A DNA stretch of 63,201 bases, filler included, from Reticulomyxa filosa (Eukaryota > Protista > Foraminifera), in the NCBI GenBank assembly GCA_000512085.1. It is 19 parts of 19 records of this genome, joined end to end, with 100 filler letters (N's around TTAATTAATTAA, not from the genome) between each part and the next. Parts side by side here need not be neighbours in the genome. Positions count along the whole stretch, not along the records: positions 24,709 to 29,685 come from ASPP01013208.1; positions 29,786 to 31,764 come from ASPP01035585.1; positions 31,865 to 35,349 come from ASPP01007033.1; positions 35,450 to 38,576 come from ASPP01021789.1; positions 38,677 to 39,692 come from ASPP01049053.1; 14 more parts are not named here. The stretch is one strand, 5' to 3'. Positions 25,950 to 39,235 of this stretch are shown here, in pieces. Both the position numbers and the translations under genes were made by a program. Position 1 is the first letter of the stretch. The number at the start of each line of letters is the position of its first letter. The notes beneath the pieces were generated by a model. That model worked only from the letters and a program-made list of their open reading frames with translations. It made no database searches and was not told where the DNA came from.

Positions 25950-27567
25950 ATGGTCATACGTTCTCAATTGCTGTTCGCGCTTTGGTGTTGGTTCATGATT
26001 GGCCATGCAACTGCCAAAACAACTCGCGATGATTTTGCCTCATGTTTTTTTGTGCTTACCGACAAAAACGGGATCGACGTGGGTTACAACTTGAGTGTTT
26101 TTCATTTGGAAAAGGGGGCGTATGTAATACTCGACAAGCAACGTGACACATTCAAGTACCTATTTAACTTTTGTGACGTCATTCCTTCAAGTTGGTACTT
26201 GAACCAAACTAACGTACCGGTGAGCTGTTACAACGCAGAGGGTCCCTGTTCGAGTATCAATCCGGATTCTCCAAACCAATGCGATCAATTGTACAACGTA
26301 TCCAATAAACTGCGTTACGTTAGTTTGTAACGTCAATTTTTTTTTTTTTTTTTTTGGAACAAATTAATCAATCAAATAAAATAAAAAAATACACACATAC
26401 ACAGCATTTGCACTACAAGTGCAGGCAAAGGATATGTACGTAAACACCTCAATGGCAAAATGTTTTTGGTTGGGTGCGCAATTGAATATCGACAGCCTTC
26501 CCGATTACAACGTAAGCCTACTCGATCCAGCGGATGCCGGTCGAGGGATATTGTTGGAGTACATGAACGGCCAATGGTGCTCAAGCGCCGGATATAACCG
26601 CAAACTTCGTATCAAATTGCAATGTCCCGATTCTAACCGATATTATTTCGATCCGCAACAACAAACTACGTTGACTGAAACGATCACTGTTACGACACTC
26701 TTTACTATTATATATCATAAACATATATATGTATATAAATGTATATACATGTATATGTTTATATTTATTTACTTATTTGTTTATTTATTATTATATTATA
26801 TATGCATATATAATATATGTAATACGATAATAACAAATTACGTATAATGCATAATACACACTCTATCATTATTAATGTAATTTCCAAACTTGTTTCTTCG
26901 TCAAAAAGTAGTGTATTGATATGATTTGTGTGGAACAAGGAAGACCCAGAATGCATTTACACACTCAGTTATGTCACCCCTTTAGCTTGTCCTAGCGCGT
27001 GCATTACAGCCAACGTTAGTAATAATATGTATGGTGTATGCAATGGAAAAGGGCTCTGTGTATCAGACCCTATTACCAGTTGAATCATAACATTTTTTTT
27101 TTTTTAATGTACAAAAAAAAAAAAAAAAGAATTGAATAACTTGCAAGGGATCGAAAGTTTCAAATCCAAAAAAAAAAAAGTACATATATGTATATGTTTG
27201 CATGATTACAACAGAGTCAGTGCGATGCTTATGCGATGATGGATGGTCGGGAGACACCTGCAATAAAAAGCATAGCGATGTGGAGAAGATAAGTGAGAAC
27301 CACAGTGGCATTGTGACTGCCATTATTATATGCATTGTGTTATTGGCTGTTGTGTTGGTATTGAGTGCGTGGATATGTTATCAAATTCGTCTACGAGAAG
27401 AACAACAAAAGAGTCATTTCGGCCGCGATTTTTTTTCACCTATGCTCGCTACTGACACAAATCATGATGCCATCCCCACTGACGGCTCTTCGACCCATCC
27501 AATCAACATAGAGCCCGCACCTCACAGTGTTTTCTTTGCTTCTCAACCTGATTATGACGACAACTAA
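25950..27567 (+). CDS. Type I membrane protein: signal peptide, MRH (mannose-6-phosphate receptor homology/ATG27-like) domain, EGF-like domain, TM
   Basis: YLFNFC, CFWLG, GILLEYMNGQWC...IKLQC, CIYTLSYVTPLACP; EGF-like CNGKGLC...CLCDDGWSGDTC; TM IVTAIIICIVLLAVVLVLSAWICY. Confidence 0.8.
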
Positions 27568-28693
27568 CCCGGAAAATTTTACAAATCTGTCGATTCAATC
27601 CGAAAAAATGTTAAAAAAAATTGTCCATTTGCTCCAATTCTTCCATGCATTATTTTAACTTTCTTCTGCTTCTTCATTGTTAAAGTCTTGTCACCAAGAA
27701 AAAAAAAGGGACACGCTAGTTGCTCTGATTGGGCTTGGTGAATAGTCCTCGTGACTGTAGTTAGTTTTTGTGTTGTTGGTTTTTTTTCATTTCTTTTAAT
27801 ATTATATTTCATTGTTTCGTATGTAACCTTGTTTGGTAGGGAGTTTTAGTTGCAAGAGTGCAAGATACTAATGTTCACATATCCATTCCCTTTCACTCAC
27901 AAAATCTTTAAATAAAGTGAGTTTCTTTCAAGATCGCCCTTCATCCACTGTCTTTTAAATTTCATTGACTGGAAGGTCATTTAACAAGAGTATTTTTAAA
28001 ATTTTTTAATGCTATTAGTAACACATACTCAACGCATTTATTTTTGCAGATCATTTGTGCTGACATAAATGGAACAAGAAAGTTTGCTCTAAATGCACAA
28101 GCCTCAATTTTCTGATTGTTTCATATTATAAAATTTTTAACTCGGTTGAGAAGGAGAAAAGTAGAAATTAAATAACAACATTACAGGCCACAATAAAAAA
28201 CTGTAAACGACATCAAAGTCTGTTGTTTTCTTAACTTTCTTAACTGAGACATTGTTTTTTTTTGGGAGGGATTGGCGACAACAATCCCAGAGTGTCCAAC
28301 ATGGAGAAAGCAAGGTCAAACCAAAAGATTTAGTGTAGCATTATGTTGTATTCAAACACAGAAAACATTCAAATTCAACATTTAACTTGTGTTCTCCTTT
28401 TTTTTTTTCTCCAAAACATAAAAAAAAAAAAAAAAAAGAACAAGGAAAGAAGTAATTGTATAGCACTTCCTTCGTTTTAATTGCAAATTCAAAGAAATAA
28501 CCAACATACAATGAGAGAAAGGTTAGTTTATAAGTTGAGCAGGTTCTACGATACCAATTGTATAAAGTGTAATATTGTTTTTTTTTCGAAGACACAGAGA
28601 CAAAAAAAAAAAGGGGAGCACCAATGGATACTCCCCCATGCCATTAGTTTTCTCTAATATCACGTTATTGTTTGTTCGTTTATTTTTTTGAAA

Positions 28694-29548
28694 TTAAAAT
28701 TTGAATCCTGGTGCCCTAGCTCCTCCAAATTTATTTAAATCATTATCAAAGCTGGGACGATCCCCACTGCCCCCTCCTCCACCTGTGCCACGACCAACCC
28801 CACCTCGTCCACGAAACCCACCTCGGCCTCGTGTCAATGCTGGCTGTGTCAACTCTTTTATTCCACGACCCATGCCTAATCCTTCTGCATTGCCATTGAA
28901 CAATGAGAGAAGGAGATGAGAAACGGGTATACAAAATAGAACAAAAGGAAAACAAATCAAAACAATGCAATATAATAGAATACAATTATAAAGTGAAATT
29001 TTAAATTTTTTTTAAAAAAAAAAAAAGAACCTGATGTTCCCTGCTTTCTATACTGCGGATCTAATCTTTTAAACATTGGCGCATGTTTTAGCATATCGGG
29101 GACAATCACAAATCGGATTTTACTTCCACGCAAATACACATTTGACAGTGGATGTTTATTACCTTTGATGTCCCAGTGAGTCACGTTTTTCATTTGCACA
29201 TTCATTGAGTCCTGTTTTTTAACGTTTGTGTTTATTCAATTTTTACCCTTTTTTTAAAAAAAGGGGATCTCCTCATAAAAAAAAAAAAGGAAAGAATGGA
29301 AAAAAGAAGGTCATGTTATAACGCTTCACAAAAGCAAAACAAGGAAGAGGGAGAAGGGGAAATTAAAAAAAATCTTTTTTCACATTTTTTATTTACGTTC
29401 AAAACCTAAATCAACAATCAACCACCTCTGCTTTTGCCAGTACCCCGCGGAACATTTCACCCATCACTGTTTCGACACAAATGATATGACCTTCACATTC
29501 ATGTAATAACTTTATTGGCACCCCAAGTTGATGGGCAGATATTGACAT
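28694..29548 (-). CDS. SNRPD3: Small nuclear ribonucleoprotein Sm D3
   Basis: [15 protein letters not shown]|[29 protein letters not shown]-rich tail; three exons. Confidence 0.93.
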
Positions 29549-29785
29549 TCTTATAGATATTGAAGAAGATTTTTTTAATTCTCTCAAAAGGTTCAAGATT
29601 TTGTGAAAAGAGTCTTGCTAAAAGAAAATAAAAATACATAAATTAAAGCTTATCTTGCTAATAATTTCTAAATCAAAGTATAACTNNNNNNNNNNNNNNN
29701 NNNNNNNNNNNNNNNNNNNNNNNNNNNNNTTAATTAATTAANNNNNNNNNNNNNNNNNNNNNNNNNNNNNNNNNNNNNNNNNNNN

Positions 29786-31151
29786 AATTGTTCCAAATCT
29801 TCGCTTGATAAATTTCAACAAATCCCAGGCTCCTTTATGATCAACAGTAACTTTGGCAGCATCACCGATCATAGAAAAATGACTGGATTCACCATCTCCA
29901 TAGACAAAGCCTTTGCCAGTAGATCCAAAAGTTTCAATGGCATACAGTTCACCTTCTTCCATTTTAGTGTTGTCTTCTGTCTTGATAATTGGGACACTTT
30001 TGCCACCATGGATAACCCACGGGCCAATGCTGTGTCCATTCAAGTTTTGAATAGCTTTCACTTTATACGTTTTGCCATTATAAACACATTCATGTGACTC
30101 CATAACCTCTTGAATGGCTGCGCCAACCTCTCCCAATCTCGCGTCGATTCCCATCACGCGAACACCTTCATTCGTTGCTGCCTTGACTGCTTGCATTAAC
30201 GGTTCATGCATTTCATCAAAACTCATACTAAATGCTGAGTCAATGATATATCCATTGATTTGCACACCAAAATCAATTTTGCACAAATCTGTTTTTTTCA
30301 ATTGAGTTTTGTCTCCTGGATTGGGTGTATAATGAGCTGCACAATTGTTTAGTGAGCAGCCTGTTGGGAATCCATATCCACGATCGAGCGGTCTTTCTGG
30401 ATTATAGCCTGTCAATTTCTGTGTGCTTTGTTCAATAAACTCGCAAATTTGAACCATTGTCATTCCTGGCTGAATGTATTGTTGTGTTGCTTGTCGGATT
30501 TGTCTATGTATCTCCGCACCCTCTCGAACGCTACTAATACGAGTTTGCCATTCCACATGTTTTTCTTTTGCCTTTTGTTCATCAGAGTCCATACGTCTAT
30601 TTGTCATTTATTGGGTTATTTGGTTAAGCTTTTTTGATTCACACAATTTTTTTGTTTAAAAAAACGACGAAATTGCGGCTGTAAAAAAAGAATTTTTTTT
30701 AGCGAAACGATTGGCCATTGACTGGGTGAAGGAGAATCTCTCCCGTTGGAAATGCGTCGTTTTCATACATAGTGGACACGACTTTTGATGGTGGAAACGT
30801 TTGGCCTTTCTTCAGATATTCTTCTTTTGAAACCAGTTGAATACCACGCATTATTTGTTGCGGGCCGTTGCTTGGAGTTACTTCCTCTTCTTTTTTTTCT
30901 TCCGCTACTTTCTCTTCTTCTTTTGGTTTTGCTTTTGGCTTTGGTTTGTCTTTTGGGGCATTCTTTGGTTGATTAGCTTTGTTGCTTTGATTTGAATTTT
31001 GTTGCTGTTTTTTCTTTGGTTGTTGTTTCTTCTTTTCTGTTTATGTGTTAACGCAAATATTTGTTTTCACATTAAATTGATTCACGTACTCGTTGTGATT
31101 ATTATTTTGATAAGGGAAAAAAGGAAAATTTGCTTAACGAGGAATAGGCAT
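29786..31151 (-). CDS. METAP2: Methionine aminopeptidase 2, 3' partial
   Basis: FPTGCSLNNCAAHYTPNPGD, KIDFG, IIDSAF, NLNGHSI, IHGGKSVP, YAIETFGSTGKG. Lys/Glu-rich N-terminal exon; the start exon MPIP at 31151 is inferred from splice phase. Confidence 0.93.
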
Positions 31152-31533
31152 TGTATGTAATCTTTAGGGGTAACAGTTTAAGTAAGACGTTCACTTGAAG
31201 TTTGTTGTCAAAACAAACTGATAAGAGAAGAAACTAAGAAGAATTTTGAAGTGCATAAAATGTCCAATTGAGGAATTGTAAAGACAACAGACGAAATATT
31301 GCAAGAATTATTCCTCATTATCAAGTAAAAGAATGTTATATACGAATTTTTTCTTTCAATTAAATTTGTGCAGAAAAAAATATCGTGATGTGGATGATGC
31401 AAAATGAACTGAATATAAAAAAATTTTTGGTTTTTCTGTACACTTGGAAAGAGCCGATTCACAACGCATCATATCGATTTTTCTAACAAAACAAGACAAA
31501 AATTGTCACATTTTTATTGAAGAAAAGCCTTAC

Positions 31534-31737
31534 TCACAAACCAGTAGATTTCATTCTTAATTGTATTTCGAGATCTTCCAATGCATTTTCATTGTTTCCT
31601 TTGACTTGAGATTGACCAGCTGTCGCATTTTTAGCCCCAGCCTCGGCTATTGCTTTTTCAGTTATATTAATGTTAAGTTTTTCTCGAATATGTTCCTTTA
31701 ATTGCTGCAATATGTCAGCCTGTAATTCACAAAACAT
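31534..31737 (-). CDS. Hypothetical protein exon
   Basis: Coding-like helical segment at the contig end; no domain recognised. Confidence 0.3.
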   Translation of the reverse strand: MFCELQADILQQLKEHIREKLNINITEKAIAEAGAKNATAGQSQVKGNNENALEDLEIQLRMKSTGL

Positions 31738-31898
31738 AGCATTAATTTGGTTTTTATCAAAGACNNNNNNNNNNNNNNNNNNNNNNNNNNNNNNNNNNNN
31801 NNNNNNNNTTAATTAATTAANNNNNNNNNNNNNNNNNNNNNNNNNNNNNNNNNNNNNNNNNNNNTATTATTATTATTATTATTATTATTATTGTACGA

Positions 31899-33035
31899 TT
31901 GTGTTGCTTTTGTTTTTTGTTTCTTTATGTGAATGATAACTTGCTTGCTATAGTTTGGGACCGTGTTAGAGAAAATGGTCGGCCCAAAGTGGTGAATAGC
32001 ACGCTGATGAGTGTTCGGGCGGTCAAATGGACGAAAGACAGAAAAGGCAACAATTTGATATTTATTGGCTGCTTGGACGGCTCCTTGTGTTGCTATGAGT
32101 TTAATGAGGCCTTTGACGAGTTGGACTCCATTTTCATTGGTGAAAGTCTGTTCGATTGCAAATCCCCCATCAATATCATCCAATCCTTTGACAACAACAA
32201 CAGCAACAACAACAAGACTGATAGTAATAATGATAACAATGATGATGATGATGATGATGATGTTATCATTAACTGCGGCACAAGTGGGGGGCAAATGTTT
32301 ATCTTCCAATTTCGCGATAAAAAACTGCGTCTGTTGTACGAGTGGACAGCACATCCTCCAGTGCACAGTGAAGACCAACTGTTTCGAGAACAGTTTGGCA
32401 GTCTGCACAAATCTGCTGACATTTGGAGCAGCATTTGGAGTTGTCGAGATCGTCACTACTTGCTCAGTGCATCCGAAGATCAAAGTAGTAAACTATGGAA
32501 ACTTGAATGGAGATATGATAACAATAATAATAATAATAATAATAATAATAATTCAAATGAAAAAGACGTATACATTACTAATGCAACATGCGTGCAAGAA
32601 CTGAAAGGACATTCGTCTGCTGTTACAAGTGTGGATTGGGCAATAATTCGAAGCGACAATACATTGGAGGAAAAGAACAGCCAAGAATTAATTGCCACTT
32701 GTGCGGATGACAGAACGATCATGATTTGGAAGGTGTATCGAGATCGATCACTTGTCGCTATTGAAAAGTGCGACTTGATTCACATCTTCAAACCCCAAAG
32801 CGTGTTGGGATGGTTCACATTCACGTATTTGCGGTTTTTACGAAATCAATTGGCTTGTGGAACTGAAAATGGCTACGTGCTGTTGTTTGATATGATCCGC
32901 CTTCTACAAACCGATTGCAAGTGCTTTCACAGGGGATCCATCGAAGGTCTGCAATGTGATCTGCAAACAAACACTGTTGTCGTTTGTGCCAGTGACTGTA
33001 CAGTGGGCATTTACTCCATTAAAACAAGTGAATAA
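31899..33035 (+). CDS. WD40-repeat protein, 5' partial
   Basis: LLSASEDQSSKLW, GHSSAVTSVDW, ATCADDRTIMIW; poly-Asn inserts. Confidence 0.85.
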   Translation: MCCFCFLFLYVNDNLLAIVWDRVRENGRPKVVNSTLMSVRAVKWTKDRKGNNLIFIGCLDGSLCCYEFNEAFDELDSIFIGESLFDCKSPINIIQSFDNNNSNNNKTDSNNDNNDDDDDDDVIINCGTSGGQMFIFQFRDKKLRLLYEWTAHPPVHSEDQLFREQFGSLHKSADIWSSIWSCRDRHYLLSASEDQSSKLWKLEWRYDNNNNNNNNNNNSNEKDVYITNATCVQELKGHSSAVTSVDWAIIRSDNTLEEKNSQELIATCADDRTIMIWKVYRDRSLVAIEKCDLIHIFKPQSVLGWFTFTYLRFLRNQLACGTENGYVLLFDMIRLLQTDCKCFHRGSIEGLQCDLQTNTVVVCASDCTVGIYSIKTSE

Positions 33036-34173
33036 TCTTTTCTCGTTTTTCGTTCACTAGTTTTCTGTGCTCCTTTACATGGAGTGGAAGGACTTACAAA
33101 TCTTGCACAAAAATTTGAATACCACTATTATAAATTCTGCACATTATTCATTTTTTTATTCTTAAAAAAAAATTTTGTCATATCAATAAGAGATTTAATT
33201 GTGAAACAATTCAAAAAAATTAAAATAAAAATGACGATGTAATTGAATCAAGAAAAAAAACACTAAACAGATCATGTTTCCACACATTAATAAAATTATC
33301 AAAAAAACTTGAAAAAAATCCAACACCAACATATGATATTCACTTTCTGTCGATATAAGTAAAACCTTTTTCATAAACACAACAAACAAACACTATGCCC
33401 TGACATCGAACTCGATGTGCTGAATATAAAATATAAAAAATAGATAACAGTTTGTAAAATATAGTGTTTTGTGACAGCTTGGCTTAACTGACTCAAAACA
33501 ATATTCTAATACATACATAAATATTATAATTATATATTCCACATCAGATTGGATTATTGCCTTTTGATAGACAAAACAAATTATTAATAACTTAAAAAAA
33601 AATAAGTAAAAATAAAAGAAAAAAGACATCGTTTGCAAGAAATTTATTAAGATAATCAAATTATCAAAAATTACAAATCAAAAAAAACTTTCAATACTTA
33701 TCACTAACTTTTATTTTCAATCATAGTATCAATTACATATTTTTTATTTCATTCTTCGATTGTTAAAGGAATACAACATTTTGTCGATGTTAGTAGCTTT
33801 GAAAACAAAAAAAGTTTATAACAAACAAATTATATAAGCACGCGCACAAGGAAAAAAGCGCTAATTATCTTGTGAAACAAAACTTGTTCAAGTAATGTGA
33901 ATTATCTATTTCATAAGCTAGTATTAATTGTTTTCCGTCGTTGTCTGTGCAATGTTAGATGTTAATATAAGATTTTTTCGGAAAGTACTTTGCTCTTTAT
34001 TAGCATAGAGCAAGTTGTTGCAGTTTGATCAGTTCTAAAAGTACTGGTCAAGATTACAACTTGGAATTAAATAAAGCGTGTCGGTAAAAAAAAAACACTA
34101 CGAAACAACTTGCAAGACACCCCTTTTGTGAATAATCAAAGTGGTATATTCAAAAATCAGATCGTCAGTAGCA

Positions 34174-34548
34174 ATGAAGTGGTATCCAGTTTTATTCTTA
34201 TTCGGAACAGGCTTGTGCAATCTGTACTGTCAGCAAAATGAAGATGGAGTAGAGACGTTCAAGTTGATCCAGTTTACAGACACACACTTTGGAGAGGCCG
34301 CCTCAAAAGACAACCAATCAATGGCCGAGATGGCAAATTTGATAAGCTACGAAATGCCGCAATTGGTGGTATTGAGTGGAGACGTAGTGAGTGGTTACGC
34401 TTACAATTCTTCGATACCAAACTGGTGGCCAATACAATTTGACAATGCGATTTCCCCAATCATTGCCAGCCGTTAGTTTTGAACCAAAAAAAAAAAAAAA
34501 AAAAAGGGGAGATTTTTTTTTAAAAAAAATGTTCAATATTAAAAAAAA

Positions 34549-34579
<31 letters not shown>

Positions 34580-35313
34580 TTTGAAATGTCAGAGACGCCA
34601 TGGGCATATACATTGGGAAACCATGATGACCAAGCAGATTACAATCGCACGCAGATAATAAACTATGCAGTGAAACAATCCTACAGCTTGACCCAAGCAG
34701 GACCGACCGACATCGGTGGCGTAAGCAACTACTATCTCACCGTCTTCAACTCTGCCAACCAACCTATTGTGAATATTTGGTTTATGGATAGTCTGGACAC
34801 AAACTGTTACAATGTCGAAGGTTATGGTTGTGTCGAGTTTTCAACCGTTTGGTCTACCGTCATTATATGTATATGTATATATAATATATGATTTGATTAA
34901 AATGATTTATATATTTACATACATATATATACATATATGTACATATGTAAATGAAAATAGGTGGAATGGTACCAACAAACAAGTGAAAAGTTGGAACAGA
35001 CGTATGGACGAAAAATACCTGGGATTGTGTACATTCATATCCCTTTGCCGGAAGTGCTAATGGTACGTTGTTATACGTAATATGCAAAATATGTTTGTGC
35101 ATGTAATATTCTTTGATTTTATTTTTTTTTTTTTTTTTCCTTCATTGGGGATGGGGATGGGGATGGGGGTGGGGTGATGATGCAATGAAAATCAGTTGTG
35201 GAATAACTTTGCAACTGCTGGAACGCTGCAAGACACTGGTGTTTGTTGCTGGAGTTTAAACACGGGTCTATTTTCTGTCATGCAAGAGCGTGGGGACATT
35301 GTCTCTGTTTGGG
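34174..35313 (+). CDS. Secreted calcineurin-like metallophosphoesterase (Dcr2/PAP14-like), 3' partial
   Basis: Signal peptide; FKLIQFTDTHFGE, VVLSGD, PWAYTLGNHD, FMDS, HIPLPE, NTGLF. Confidence 0.88.
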
Positions 35314-35316
35314 TAT

Positions 35317-35349
<33 letters not shown>

Positions 35350-35449
35350 NNNNNNNNNNNNNNNNNNNNNNNNNNNNNNNNNNNNNNNNNNNNTTAATTA
35401 ATTAANNNNNNNNNNNNNNNNNNNNNNNNNNNNNNNNNNNNNNNNNNNN

Positions 35450-36245
35450 TTGCATCATAGCCATACCTCTAAATAATTGTTTTAAATTATCTCTAGTTCA
35501 TTGTAACAAAAATACCCATATCAGGATTTGATTTAACTTTTTCTATACCACGACCAGTAGTACACCATTTACAGATAATATTTGTTCTGTCTAATCGATT
35601 ACATTCATCAAAACATTCCCATGCTCCACATTGACATTGTATTATAATCAAAAGTTTCATCACAACAAAATACTAATACAGATGTTCCCAATTGTGCACC
35701 TAATGTTTTAACAGATTTCTGTTTTACCAGTACCAGCAGGACCAAAAGGATTGCCACGTAAAGTTAAATATGCTTTATCTGTTAAAAGTGTTTTGTATTA
35801 ATTTTTCTATAGCACCAAAATATCCAAAACCATACAAATTTCTAATTTTCTTAATGCTCTATTCCAATAAAATCTCATGCGATATAACCACATATTTTTT
35901 CTTTAATTAATGTTCTCTTTGATAAACTAATTTTCATATAATTTTCTTATTTTTGGTGGTACATCACCTAATACACAATTAGCTAATATTTCTAATGTAA
36001 TAATTTTTCCATATTATTATAATTTTCTTGATTAGGATCTTTATTTATTTTTTTAAATTGATCAATAGGTTGTTTAAATATAACTTCTTCTGCTTCTCTT
36101 GATGCCATATCAAGCATTTTCTGGATGTAAACGTATTTGTGCTAAATGACAACATATTATTTCTAATAAACCTTCATCACCAATACAATAAAATCTAGAA
36201 ATATTCATTTAATGCTTTTTGTATAGTATGTAATGTATTTTGATT
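35450..36245 (-). pseudogene. Cytoplasmic dynein heavy chain fragment (linker end plus AAA1), decayed
   Basis: IQKALNEY, RFYCIGDEGLLEII, YGFGY.G..EKLIQ, GNPFGPAGTGKTE, VLVFCCDETFD, CQCGAWECFDECNRL, IFVTMN, DNLKQLFRGMAM in correct order but with frameshifts and internal deletions. Confidence 0.88.
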
Positions 36246-37830
36246 ACTTTCTACTGCGTCTTCTCGCTTTTGTAAGTCGTCATTCCAATCAAAGAGCAAA
36301 AATCCCACTTTCTTAAGAAAATCGAGTAATTCATCGGAGATCACTGTAATATCACTAATCAGCAGAGAGAAAGTTGTTTTTTTATCCCATTCGCAATTCA
36401 AATATCTCTTTGTTATAAACCCCCTCCTTTTTTTTTTAATAACAAAAAAAGTACCTTCACCCCCGTCGTGATTACATAAATAGAGTGGATCTTTGGAGTC
36501 ATGCCATTTCTTACATAGGAAAAATTCTTCCGCAATTTGTAGGACAGATTTTGTTATCATATGTTTAAAAGAATGTTGTCTTCAGCGTCATCTTTTTCAT
36601 TGATCCATACAGAATTCCGAATATACATGGATTGTGCAATACGATGGAATTGTTGAAAGCAGTAGCGAAAGAATGGTGTTTGATGCAAATATGTCGACGA
36701 AGCGATTACATGTAGTTTACTCTGAATAAACTCACGTATTTTATTCAATTTTAGATCCGGGATTGATTGTGGATTTGGATCATATTTTCTTGTTTCACAC
36801 ACAACATACATACATATAAATCATTCAAGATCAAATTATATGTATTTAGAAATAAAAATGTATTTTTTTTTTCTCTCGAAACTCTAGAAGATAATTGGTA
36901 TTGAATTCCCGTATCCATTTGAGCGCATATTGCACTTCTTTTCCGTAATCATAGGGATTGTTTTCAGTATTGACATCAAGAATCGGAAAAGCAATGGGAC
37001 CAAACAAAGTGTAAAGTAATTGTTGGGTGGTCTGTTTGTCGTTGCTCAATTTGGAAGGGATTTCAACGAAAAAGGCCATGTTGTGATTCACATGAAAGCA
37101 TTCTAAAATATTTTGGCCAATATTGACATGTTGCAAAAACAGCAATTCGAATAAAAAGTTATTGATTTCCGTGGAAATGGATGAAGATAGATCCAAATCA
37201 AATGCGATAATATCGTGATTACGGATCTTGCGATTCTGTGCAATAGTAAGATCAGCTTGGGAGGGATGATATCTCCAGAAATTGTGTACCAGATATTTCC
37301 ATTCAATATCCTCGCTGTTGAAAGCAATACATACATGTTGCGAGGCCTTTTCACAAACTTTTCGAATCTTGTAGCTCTTACCCATTCCAACACGTTTGGA
37401 CGTATACAATTGTACAAATGGTTTTTTATTGATATCTTTTTGGGCCACAAACGAGGCCCAATCGTTGCAATACATTTGAGAAAAAATAGATTGTGCAGTT
37501 TGTTCGGACAATGAAACGGGTCGATGAAACTGAAAAGGGAACAATGTGTGACATAAAACGTTATTGGGACTGGCAGAAATGACCACAATTGAATATAGAA
37601 TTGCTCCTAATTTTTGTAATGCAGTTTCGCTTAACATAGCAAATGGAACAGCTTGACAACCTTCTTGGCAGTTTCCAACTTTTTATTTCGAAACATTTGA
37701 CTCTTTTCTTTCGTTTGCAACTTTGTCACTTCGTGTTCTTTCTTTCCATCTTTTTGCCAAAACTCGATGCGATACGAACTGGTCTCTTTGCAAATTTCCA
37801 GTCGCTTCACCAGTTTTTTTATATTTTTGA
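36246..37830 (-). pseudogene. RNF213/mysterin-like AAA+ protein fragment
   Basis: LYTSKRVGMGKS...FDLDLSSS...FLFELLFLQ...FFVEIP matches the first AAA module of RNF213; the reading frame is broken and truncated on both sides. Confidence 0.65.
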
Positions 37831-37839
37831 GACTTTCAT

Positions 37840-38249
37840 TTGAATACCCCAACAACACTCGATCAATACTTCTCTCAATCATCAAAATATCGATATCCTT
37901 CGCAATTATGGAAGTTTATTCAGGACACATTGGAAAGTTTGACCAAAGTGATATCAACCAGCGAGATCAATTTTACACTTTACGAACTTCTCAAAGAAAA
38001 TGAAAATGGGACACATATCAAGAATTAGTTGGACGTTTATTTAATCAATAAAAATGGTCAAAAATAATGGAAAAGTTTGACAAACTCAAAAAATTGGAGA
38101 CCATCTTTCGACAGCTTTTATCTATGCAATGTTTAAAAAAAGTTCCGAGCGACTTGAAGTCATTACATAACTTTCTGAAAAATGCAAAGGATCATCAAAT
38201 TTCTGAAATTGAAGAAAAATTTAGAAATGAAATAAAAGTGTTGGAGTGA
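37840..38249 (+). pseudogene. Helical coding fragment with an in-frame stop, opposite strand to the RNF213-like piece
   Basis: ORFs 37840-38028 and 38067-38249 read as one decayed coding segment, broken by a stop and a frame change. Confidence 0.4.
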
Positions 38250-38849
38250 ATGATTTTGTTAACTCAAACATTGAGTGTTTTTTGAATTTCTTGTTTTGAA
38301 TATGAAGCATTCTACAAGAGCAACACTTGTGCGAACTGCCTAATGAAAATGTGTCTCTTCTTTGAGTATCTGGTGGCTGGCTTGGAATTTCAATTTGAGA
38401 GTTGTTGCTTAAACACTGTTTTCGTGTGCTTCTTTTTCCCAAATTGTTGACAATTTCATTTACTTTTTTTTTTTGTCCATTGTTAAAAAAATCCAAAAAA
38501 AAATTATTAGTTGCAATGTAGTATTCTTAAACGTATTTTTGTACAAAGCATTAAGCTTTCAACGTTCAATTTTAGANNNNNNNNNNNNNNNNNNNNNNNN
38601 NNNNNNNNNNNNNNNNNNNNTTAATTAATTAANNNNNNNNNNNNNNNNNNNNNNNNNNNNNNNNNNNNNNNNNNNNAAAAAAAAAAAGAGTAATGTTAAA
38701 ACAAGATCATAAATGTCGCGTGTATATATTTGTGTACATATATTTTTTTTTTTTAAAAAAAAAAAAAAAGTTAGCTGGAGATATATCAATAGTTTATTTT
38801 AGTTAGTTTTTTTTTTTTTTTTTTAATGAATTTGTTTGAAGAAGTAATC

Positions 38850-39204
38850 CTCTTAACATTGGTACGTGTCAGAGTTCGAGTGACAATAGATCTGGATACA
38901 TCGGGAACAGCTCGGAAGGTTCCGTGAACAAATAGTTCCAATGCCTGTCTTTGTTTTCCGTATAAAAACAAGCACGAGCTTGCGTCCAAGTACCATTGGC
39001 ATTCCTCCAAATATTCGTGGCATCCCGGAATTCGCTCCCAGCCCTTGCCAACAGGTGAGACCAATAACACCGAGTTCTCATCTGTACTGAGTCGCTTCAC
39101 TGGCAAAGCCATAGCTTCGATGACATGGCTTTTAGGAAGCTTGATGCAGTGTTATTTGAACATATAACATTACATATTATATACATATATATATGTATAT
39201 GTAC

Positions 39205-39235
<31 letters not shown>

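Noticed and set aside
20971-29548. SMN and SmD3 as an snRNP gene cluster
   Set aside because: They are on different contigs separated by two spacers.
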